Assembly: GCA_903855135.1 (NCBI GenBank)
Contig: CAINYB010000006.1
Span: 29,631 to 93,630 of the forward strand
DNA length: 64,000 bases
Direction: 5' to 3'
Source: an uncultured bacterium
GTDB taxonomy: Bacteria; Patescibacteriota; Patescibacteriia; UBA1558; GWA2-36-10
Below the pieces are notes generated by a model. It saw only the letters and a list, made by a program, of their open reading frames with translations. It did not search any database and had not been told where the DNA came from. The position numbers and the translations under genes were made by a program. Shown piece by piece: positions 56,961 through 64,000 of the stretch. Position 1 is the first letter of the stretch. Each line of letters begins with the position of its first letter.

Positions 56961-57428
56961 TTATAACATATTTTTACTAATAATATAATAGCCTGCCACT
57001 GCCATCGCCACACCGACATTGAGAGATTCTTTTTCACCGTTCATCGGTAAAGCAATGATTTGATCTGCTTGTTTTAACAATTGTGGCGAGATCCCTCTAA
57101 CTTCATTACCGACTAATAAAGCTAAAGGAAATTTTGGTTTAAAATCTAAATAATTTATAGCCTTATCAGTTTTTTCTAAAGCTATGATAGTAAAACCTGA
57201 TTTTTTTAATTTACGCAAAAGAGTAGAAATATTTTTATGGTATTCCCAGTAAACACTTTCTTCTGCACCTAATGCTACTTTAGAAATTTCTTTGCGTGGT
57301 GGATGTCCAGAATAGCCAGACAAAATAAGCGACGCCCCCAGGGCGTCGGCTGTACGAAACATCGTGCCAATATTATAAAGACTACGAATATTGTGAGCAA
57401 TAATATAAAATTCCTTCTTATTCATCAT
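56961..57428 (-). CDS. SPOUT-family tRNA 2'-O-methyltransferase (TrmL/TrmH-like)
   Basis: 155 aa; LLVGNEVRGIS and SLNVGVAMAVAGY motifs of SpoU class. Confidence 0.7.
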   Translation of the reverse strand: MMNKKEFYIIAHNIRSLYNIGTMFRTADALGASLILSGYSGHPPRKEISKVALGAEESVYWEYHKNISTLLRKLKKSGFTIIALEKTDKAINYLDFKPKFPLALLVGNEVRGISPQLLKQADQIIALPMNGEKESLNVGVAMAVAGYYIISKNML

Positions 57429-59028
57429 GATACATGCCTTCTTTTTTGTCTTTCAAAAAACCAAGCCAATCTTCAAAAGTAGAAATAAAAATCTTAAACG
57501 GCGCTTCGATAATATAATCCATCACAAAAGCAAAAACATTGATCTTTTTAAATTTAGTAGAAAGCCAACGCCCGGCCGAAACTATCGGTAAAGAAAAGAA
57601 ATCTATCAAAAATGATAATAAACCAACTTTTTTCTGTAAAACCTTATACTCTTTGGCTGTAGAGCGGATTTTCAAAGCAAAGAAACTAACCATGGTTAAA
57701 AAGAAGAAAAATAAAGTGCCAGACAAAATATTAAAGTTCAAACTTTGTAAAAACATGATAATCACACCAAATACTAAAATGTACAAAGTAGTGAACATGG
57801 AATAATAAAAAGTTCTAAAGCCCCAATTTTGATTATACTTAGCACTCAATTTACACAACAAAGATTGCTTAGGCTCACCGTAAATAATTTGCTCTAAATT
57901 TTCCAAAATCTTACCAGTATTTTCTTTGGTCGGTGGCAAAATAGTCAAAGTGATTAAAAACATCAAGAATGGTGGTAATAAGACATTGATAATCAAAGGT
58001 AGATAATGCAATTCTTTTACCACATAAACTTCATATGGCAACTCAAAAATCAAAGCCATTGTCATCTTGGTGATAAAAATATAAATAATAGCCCTGATGG
58101 AGCTTTGCCTGATTTTATTGCCAACGATTTTATACTTCTGATTGATCAAAACTTTAGCTTCTGCTAAAAATTGTTCTGGATCAGAAAGTAAATCTGCCAA
58201 ATCATCCCCTTTTAATAAAATTAATTCGTATAAAATTTTAAAAGTGACCACATCCTCTTTGATGGTGCTTAACAATTTTTTCTGATAAGGATGTTTTAAA
58301 TGATGCTGAATAGTTCTGTGAATCGAAGCAAAATTAGCGGCCACTACTTTCACTAAATCGCCGTTCGCTTGTTGCCAATCAGGAAAATAAAGATTAAACA
58401 AATGATAAGCAATGATAGTATCGTCTGACTTGACTAAAGACTTGTGAATAGCAATATAAAGTTGGACGTTTTTTTCTCTAACCCTGACCTCATCCACACT
58501 TGTGCCACTAAATTTAATACGTGGTTTGATCGCCTGATACATGGTCTCAATCACTGAGTCGCCAATGGTCTCTGGGCTAAGCAACATATCAATCTCACAA
58601 GCCTCAATGCCAACTAACCAATCAAAATATTTTTTTCTTTCTGAAGTATGATAAAGGTCATTGAGTAATAAAAATAAATCATTGTAACGCTTAATAATTT
58701 GCGCTACTTGTAAAATTATTTTTTCCGGTAAAGCATTGTTTGGTAAATAGCGACTACGAATCAAATCTTCTATCAAACCTTTGGCGATTTGCGGTTTTAA
58801 AGTTTCAAGTAATAAGCGACGACGTAAATTTCTCTCAATCGCAAAACGACGTAAAAGATGGACTTCTTTAAAGTCTACACTGTTACGTAATTTTTCATAG
58901 AAAAAAGTAACTTTCGAAGTTATTTCTTCTACTTCTATTTTATTTTCTTCTTCAGCTACGGCCCGCTTTATTTTTTTAGCTCGCTCTAATTTTTGGTACA
59001 AAGCCACGATAATTGGCGAAATTTGCAT
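57418..59028 (-). CDS. Hypothetical membrane protein (536 aa)
   Basis: Large cytoplasmic N-domain followed by about 6 TM helices; no motif recognised. Confidence 0.35.
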   Translation of the reverse strand: MQISPIIVALYQKLERAKKIKRAVAEEENKIEVEEITSKVTFFYEKLRNSVDFKEVHLLRRFAIERNLRRRLLLETLKPQIAKGLIEDLIRSRYLPNNALPEKIILQVAQIIKRYNDLFLLLNDLYHTSERKKYFDWLVGIEACEIDMLLSPETIGDSVIETMYQAIKPRIKFSGTSVDEVRVREKNVQLYIAIHKSLVKSDDTIIAYHLFNLYFPDWQQANGDLVKVVAANFASIHRTIQHHLKHPYQKKLLSTIKEDVVTFKILYELILLKGDDLADLLSDPEQFLAEAKVLINQKYKIVGNKIRQSSIRAIIYIFITKMTMALIFELPYEVYVVKELHYLPLIINVLLPPFLMFLITLTILPPTKENTGKILENLEQIIYGEPKQSLLCKLSAKYNQNWGFRTFYYSMFTTLYILVFGVIIMFLQSLNFNILSGTLFFFFLTMVSFFALKIRSTAKEYKVLQKKVGLLSFLIDFFSLPIVSAGRWLSTKFKKINVFAFVMDYIIEAPFKIFISTFEDWLGFLKDKKEGMYHDE

Positions 59029-59052
59029 AAAGTTTAACTTAACTATCTATAT

Positions 59053-59077
59053 AAACCGCCGCCTTCGGCGGCGGTTT
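59053..59077 (-). terminator. GC hairpin aaaccgccgcc-ttc-ggcggcggttt
   Basis: Perfect 11-bp stem downstream of gene 59123..60235. Confidence 0.6.
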
Positions 59078-59122
59078 CGTGAGATTATTATGCTTTTAAA
59101 ATACCACAAAACCACTTTTTTT

Positions 59123-60235
59123 TCAAGATTTCTTAGCAAAATATTTAGCAGCTAGATAAGTAGAAATAGGTACCGCTAACAAAATACCGATACTACCAAC
59201 TAAAGTCCTTAATATCTCCGTAGCAATCATTTCGTTATTAACAACCAAGCTCGGGCTAAGCCATTGGCCGGTTTTTAGACTAAACAAAATAAGCAAAGGC
59301 AAAGCTGCGCCAGCATAAGCTAAAAACAAAGTATTGATCATCGAAGCTAAATGAGATTTACCGATATTGATACTACTAGTATATAGATGTTTAAAATCAA
59401 AACTAGCGTTGGCTTTTTTAAGTTCTTCAACTGCGCTAATCTGACTAATTACTACATCGTCCAAAACACCTAAGGTACCTAACAAAATACCAGCTAATAA
59501 TAAACCGCGGAAATTAATAGCTTGCTCGGTCAAGCCCACTAATAGCATAGACTCTTCATTTGACATGCCACTCAAACGTAAATAAGCCTCAAAAAATACA
59601 GTCAACATACCAACTGATATCAAAACTAAAACAATAGATAAAACTGCTAAATTTGATTTTTTATTTAAGCCTTCCGTGAAATAGATAATAAAAACTAAGA
59701 TAAACAAAGCACCGATTAAGGCTACCCAAAATGGATTAAAGCCGGTTAAAATATTAGGTATCATAAATTTCATGATAACTAAGACAGAAAAAAATAAACT
59801 CAACAAAGCCTTTAGGCCCTTCCATTTGGCAATAACTATAACTAATAATACAAAAAATAAAAATAAATAAGCCAGGCCATTTAGTCGCACATAATCAGTG
59901 ATATCATAAAAATCTCTCCCATCTTCTGTTTGAGATTTATTTACCAAAACCTTATCACCTACCTGATAATAGCCCTGTGAAACAACACTGAATTGATCAA
60001 TACCTTGATAAATAACTTCTTTATCTTTTTCTGGCCCACTTAAAAGTAATAGTTTGATGTTTTGCTGTTTATTAATTACACCGTTATCTGTCGTTGTATC
60101 TCTTTCATCCAAAATCTCTAATACTCGAGCATAAAACAAAGAGTCATTGCTAGCTTGAGATTCTTGTGCTAACAAAATATTAGGCAATAAAATTAATGCC
60201 AAAAAAGCTAAAAGCAAATATTTTAATTTATTCAT
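59123..60235 (-). CDS. Polytopic membrane protein with cleavable signal peptide (YibE/F-like topology, unverified)
   Basis: Signal peptide, approximately 100-aa extracytoplasmic domain, then 6-7 TM helices. Confidence 0.35.
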   Translation of the reverse strand: MNKLKYLLLAFLALILLPNILLAQESQASNDSLFYARVLEILDERDTTTDNGVINKQQNIKLLLLSGPEKDKEVIYQGIDQFSVVSQGYYQVGDKVLVNKSQTEDGRDFYDITDYVRLNGLAYLFLFFVLLVIVIAKWKGLKALLSLFFSVLVIMKFMIPNILTGFNPFWVALIGALFILVFIIYFTEGLNKKSNLAVLSIVLVLISVGMLTVFFEAYLRLSGMSNEESMLLVGLTEQAINFRGLLLAGILLGTLGVLDDVVISQISAVEELKKANASFDFKHLYTSSINIGKSHLASMINTLFLAYAGAALPLLILFSLKTGQWLSPSLVVNNEMIATEILRTLVGSIGILLAVPISTYLAAKYFAKKS

Positions 60236-60304
60236 AAAATTTAACTAATTTTTTCTTATTATAGCACAAAAAACTACCTTTCACGAAAGCTTGATACTAA
60301 TATT

Positions 60305-60330
60305 AAAAAACACCCCCGTCAGGGGGTGTT
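60305..60330 (-). terminator. GC hairpin aaaaacacccccg-tca-gggggtgttt
   Basis: Downstream of the RGG/zinc-ribbon gene. Confidence 0.6.
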
Positions 60331-60341
60331 TCATATAAACT

Positions 60342-60821
60342 TTATTTTTTCTTTTTAGCTACTTTTTTAACTTCTTTTTTAGCAGCTTTAGGTTTTTCTT
60401 CTACTTCATCAAATACTATGTCCATATCTTTTTCTTTAGTCTTTGCTTTAGCAGGAGCTTTACTAGCTTGTAAAAGATTTAAAATTTGATCCAGCTTTTT
60501 GTTTAAACCATTGATAGCCTCGGTAACTTGACTATTATCATGACCGCCAGCAGAAGAACGACTTGATCTAGTATCGTTTTTCTTAAAACAATCATTACAA
60601 TAAACTGGTTTACCACTTGTTGGACGAAATGGTACTTCACAATCAGAGCCACAACCATCGCATACTGCTTGATGCATTTCTGCTGGGCGACTATCTCGAT
60701 CTCGACGATCTCCGCCAAAACCTCTATCTCTGCCACCGCCAAAACCACCACGGTTAGAGCCTCTAAAACCGCCTCTATCTCTGCCACCGCCAGGTCTTCT
60801 ATCTCGATTAAAATTTCCCAT
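60342..60821 (-). CDS. RGG/RG-rich protein with CxxC-x17-CxxC zinc ribbon and lysine-rich C-tail
   Basis: N-terminal RGG-type low-complexity region; zinc ribbon VCDGCGSDCEVPFRPTSGKPVYCNDCF clearly homologous to the tail of ORF 12786..14516; C-terminal KAKTKEK...KKKK. Confidence 0.5.
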   Translation of the reverse strand: MGNFNRDRRPGGGRDRGGFRGSNRGGFGGGRDRGFGGDRRDRDSRPAEMHQAVCDGCGSDCEVPFRPTSGKPVYCNDCFKKNDTRSSRSSAGGHDNSQVTEAINGLNKKLDQILNLLQASKAPAKAKTKEKDMDIVFDEVEEKPKAAKKEVKKVAKKKK

Positions 60822-60846
60822 AAAGTTGTCCGTCTATGATATTAAT

Positions 60847-60869
60847 TTTCCGCCTGACGGCGGAAAATA
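60847..60869 (-). terminator. GC hairpin ttttccgcc-tgac-ggcggaaaa
   Basis: Perfect 9-bp stem in the 280-nt gap after gene 61104..63011. Confidence 0.55.
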
Positions 60870-61103
60870 ACTATCTAGATTAATTTAATTATTAAACTTA
60901 AGTATTACAATAACACATATTGACAAATAAAGCAAGTTTTATTCTAGTCAATTATTTAATAAATCCGCCCACCTGCTTTTCCCACTTCTATTCATAAAAG
61001 TCAATAATATAATTCCCTCATCAATTATATTAAACTTAACAAGCCGCCATAAGAAATCTAAAGCGCCAACCAATTCAAGTTAGCGCTTTATTTTAACTAT
61101 ATT

Positions 61104-63011
61104 TTACCAACCCCCGCCTCCTCCGCCTCCTCCGCCGCCACCAGAAAATCCACCGCCACCAGCACCACTTGATGAAGAGGCGCTCTGTGAAATAGCCGAA
61201 GTCATACTAGTTAAAGCTGAGGAAAAACTATCTACATCAAAACTTCCATTAGAACTAATAAACCAAACTGGCGCCATAGAGTTAAATTTCTCTATACCAT
61301 AAATATTTTTCATCGCCTTGACCCAAATATCTGTCAAACCAAAATAAATAGCATAAGGCAAAATCTTTTCAAACATATTTTCTTTTTCATAAAATCTTGC
61401 TCGGTATTTTTCCGCGGTTTCTATAAATAGTTTAAAACCTTTTATCTTCCATTCCGCTTCCGCACCTTTTAAGGTACGCTTGTTCATAAAAACAACAAAT
61501 AAAAAGAAAATAATAAAAGATAATATAAAAGAAAAAACCATTAAAGAAATCGATTGAACTCCTGCAGAAGAAAAAAGAGTCAGACTAGCGCTAAAAATGA
61601 TCGTGGATAAAACCAAGGTGGAAAAACCATAAAGAAAATATCCAGTGGTATATCGGTTCTTTTCTAAATAACCATCAATCTCTAAAAGCGTCCTGACCGC
61701 TTGTTTTATGTCTGGTAACTTCATATAAAAAATCTTTTTTACATCCGATAATAAATTTTCACTTTTTTTCTCTGTAAAATCTGCCCAAACACCTTTGGTA
61801 AATTGATTTAATTTACTTGTATGTTGATTTGTCTTACCCAAAAGCATAGAGAAAATACCAGCTATAATTGTTTTGTCCAAATTTTTATTTTGACTAAAAA
61901 TTTTCTCAGCATTTTCTTTCATAAGAGCTTCATCTTTTGGACCTAAAAATATGGCATCAAATAAAATCTTTTCCCCACCATTCAAAGCGGCTGCCTTATT
62001 TACATCAATTACTGTGAATCTATAATCTTTTTTGGTAAAACCTAATACTTTAGCACTAACATCTTCTATTTTAATAATTCCGTCACAAGCAAATTTAATA
62101 ATAGCCGCTGAAATTGCTTCGTTTTTTAAAAAACCTAAACCAGACAACATACTCATTTGCATCGGCGTCAAATTATCTGGTGCTTCATATTCAGCAATCA
62201 CAGCTTTGTTTAAATTTGGATCTTTACCATGTTTTTTCCAAAAAGCAAAACAAAAAATAAAAGTCAAAATTGGAAAAACTAAACTAGGCCAACCTGGATA
62301 TTTATCTGAAAAAGTAATTTGATAAGGAATAAAAATATTTTTTGGCATTAAGACCGAAAGGCTGATGCCTTCGCCTTTTTTCAAAACTTGCGTTGAATAA
62401 ACTTGTAAAATATCATCCTGCCATTTTACAAAAGCTAAGTCTTTATTTTTTAATCCATATAAACCAGTATAATAATCAATTTTGGTATTATTTTCATTAA
62501 TGCCAGCTGGAAAATGAATATCAGCACTATAATTATCTATTTCTAGTTCCCAAAAATTACCATTTAAGTTCCACCATAATTCTTCAAAGTTTTCTTGAAA
62601 ACGAATAGCATTTTTTACTTTATAAACTATTTTATATTCATTTTCACCTTTCACTGTAATATTCGGATCACCTATTTTCCAAGTAATAGTATTATTTTGC
62701 TTACTAGTACTATATTCTAATGGCTGACCAGAAAAATCTGTAATGCTGACTAATTCTATCGGCGTTAAAATCTTGCCTTCAGGTGTATTTATCTGTGTTG
62801 GTAAAACTCTAAAAATACCATGCTTGCCTGGTAAATTTCCACAATCTGCTACAATTTTTTCCGTGATCAATAAAGACGAATCAGTATTAACGACAATATC
62901 TGAATGAAAATCTTTGATGTACCAATCATGAATTTGTGAATTAGTTCTAGCTAAACTAATATTTGGCAATAAAATCAATAACAGTAAAAAAGAAAAAAAT
63001 AATTTTTTCAT
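61104..63011 (-). CDS. DUF2207-family membrane protein with poly-Gly C-terminus
   Basis: Signal peptide, large extracytoplasmic N-domain, TM helices, and family-typical C-terminal SGAGGGGFSGGGGGGGGGGGW tail. Confidence 0.7.
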   Translation of the reverse strand: MKKLFFSFLLLLILLPNISLARTNSQIHDWYIKDFHSDIVVNTDSSLLITEKIVADCGNLPGKHGIFRVLPTQINTPEGKILTPIELVSITDFSGQPLEYSTSKQNNTITWKIGDPNITVKGENEYKIVYKVKNAIRFQENFEELWWNLNGNFWELEIDNYSADIHFPAGINENNTKIDYYTGLYGLKNKDLAFVKWQDDILQVYSTQVLKKGEGISLSVLMPKNIFIPYQITFSDKYPGWPSLVFPILTFIFCFAFWKKHGKDPNLNKAVIAEYEAPDNLTPMQMSMLSGLGFLKNEAISAAIIKFACDGIIKIEDVSAKVLGFTKKDYRFTVIDVNKAAALNGGEKILFDAIFLGPKDEALMKENAEKIFSQNKNLDKTIIAGIFSMLLGKTNQHTSKLNQFTKGVWADFTEKKSENLLSDVKKIFYMKLPDIKQAVRTLLEIDGYLEKNRYTTGYFLYGFSTLVLSTIIFSASLTLFSSAGVQSISLMVFSFILSFIIFFLFVVFMNKRTLKGAEAEWKIKGFKLFIETAEKYRARFYEKENMFEKILPYAIYFGLTDIWVKAMKNIYGIEKFNSMAPVWFISSNGSFDVDSFSSALTSMTSAISQSASSSSGAGGGGFSGGGGGGGGGGGW

Positions 63012-63032
63012 AAAATTAATTTACCAAAAACT

Positions 63033-63449
63033 TTACTTCCACATTCCTAAAATCAAACCAAAAGCTACAAAACAAATAAGTTGATAACCAGACTGAAGCA
63101 AAAATCTTGCCCAAGAAATTTTAGCTGAATCGTTATTCCACATCGCCGTACCCGCTATCACTGGTACCACAAAGGCTGCCCAAATCCACAAGGCGTTTGT
63201 TAAACCGCTAGCCTCTTTCCAACCTTCGATATAATAAGCTAAAACCCACACTTGAAATAAAGCCAATAAAAATTGGACTAAATATAGTTTCCAAACATTA
63301 GCTTCCATTTTCTTTCTTGCCTCTAAATCTAATTTAGTTGCACCAACGACTTGGAGCCAAATTTTACCAAACAATGGTCCGTACCATAAATAGCCAAAAA
63401 ACATGGCCAAAATCCCACATACTAAAATAGCATAATAATTTATTTGCAT
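63033..63449 (-). CDS. DUF1761-family membrane protein
   Basis: MQINYYAILVCGILAMFFGYLWYGPLFGKIW matches the DUF1761 N-terminal consensus; 4 TM, 138 aa. Confidence 0.55.
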   Translation of the reverse strand: MQINYYAILVCGILAMFFGYLWYGPLFGKIWLQVVGATKLDLEARKKMEANVWKLYLVQFLLALFQVWVLAYYIEGWKEASGLTNALWIWAAFVVPVIAGTAMWNNDSAKISWARFLLQSGYQLICFVAFGLILGMWK

Positions 63450-63470
63450 ATTTTTATTAATTAATAATTT

Positions 63471-63992
63471 TTACCTTTGCACATAAATAGAAGCGGTTGC
63501 ATAAGGACTCTCAACGCAAGAGCCAATAGTTATACGACCCTGGGAATTTCTATTAAAATAATAACCTGTACTAGGACCGCCTTCAAAACCAGGATTAACA
63601 GGTAATGTTGGCAAATATATTGGTGTCAAAGAATCTAAAGCGATCGCATCATCATCCACAAAATAAAAATTACCACCAGGATCACAAAGAGCCTTATCTC
63701 CTGGGAATCCAATAATCATAATTGAATATCCAGCGTCATTACTACCATTTCCTACTTGTACAATTGAGTCAGACAAAATACCAGTAGAAGTTGGATAAGT
63801 AGTCGCATTATCAGCCATATACATCTTAATAGCGTCAGCGATAGCTGTCACATCTTGCCAACGTTGTGCATCACGTGCTTGCCCAATTCTTTTCGCTGGA
63901 TCAACAGCCACAAAAGTAGCTGCCGCAAGCAATGCTATAACTGCAATAACTATAATTAATTCTATTAATGTAAAACCTTTTTTATTTTTCAT
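63471..63992 (-). CDS. Type IV pilin / pseudopilin (prepilin-type N-terminal cleavage-methylation domain)
   Basis: Class III signal MKNKKGFTLIELIIVIAVIALLAA with Gly at -1 and Glu+5; C-terminal Cys pair. Confidence 0.7.
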   Translation of the reverse strand: MKNKKGFTLIELIIVIAVIALLAAATFVAVDPAKRIGQARDAQRWQDVTAIADAIKMYMADNATTYPTSTGILSDSIVQVGNGSNDAGYSIMIIGFPGDKALCDPGGNFYFVDDDAIALDSLTPIYLPTLPVNPGFEGGPSTGYYFNRNSQGRITIGSCVESPYATASIYVQR

Positions 63993-64000
63993 TTTATTTA

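Noticed and set aside
60503-60787. 94-aa minus-strand ORF in alternate frame of the RGG protein gene
   Set aside because: It is a frame artefact of the repetitive GGN/CGN codons of the RGG region.
1-64000. Alternative genetic code (UGA as Gly, as in Gracilibacteria/Absconditabacteria)
   Set aside because: Genes terminate at sensible lengths with standard stops, including TGA in ATGA overlaps, and conserved proteins are full-length under code 11.

Overview
This is an AT-rich (roughly one-third GC) chromosomal segment with hallmarks of a small-genome Patescibacteria/CPR-type bacterium: archaeal-type ProRS, AMP-phosphorylase-like DeoA, PduL, DUF4012, DUF2207, a type IV pilin and many compact genes. 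I call about 60 CDS and every one lies on the minus strand. The only plus-strand gene is a tRNA-Gln(CUG) with a textbook sigma70 promoter. The ORF track misses an RNase P RNA (rnpB) inside a 750-nt ORF-free, GC-richer gap, and a 5'-truncated PilB/GspE ATPase at the window start. Housekeeping content includes secA, hpf, alaS, mnmA, secDF, dnaX, lepA, murJ, mreB-mreC-mreD-PBP2 with a second mreB, greA, proS, rseP, frr, holB, rnhA and recJ, plus a cell-wall polysaccharide cluster (DUF4012, four GT4 glycosyltransferases and a WbaP-like priming sugar transferase). The candidate for an undescribed system is two paralogous loci encoding membrane-anchored TrwB/VirD4/HerA-type P-loop ATPases. In one locus the protein is a single fused 815-aa ORF; in the other it is split into an N-domain ORF and an ATPase ORF. 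The split ATPase carries a C-terminal CxxC-x17-CxxC zinc ribbon that is also found in a separate RGG-rich protein. Both loci sit in housekeeping context, without relaxase or integrase, and one lies beside a sigma-region-4 + HARE-HTH regulator. A second notable layer is a family of GC-rich palindromes that follow nearly every gene and include exact repeated modules and mosaic, BIME-like composite clusters. SecD carries an embedded parvulin (PpiC)-like motif set.
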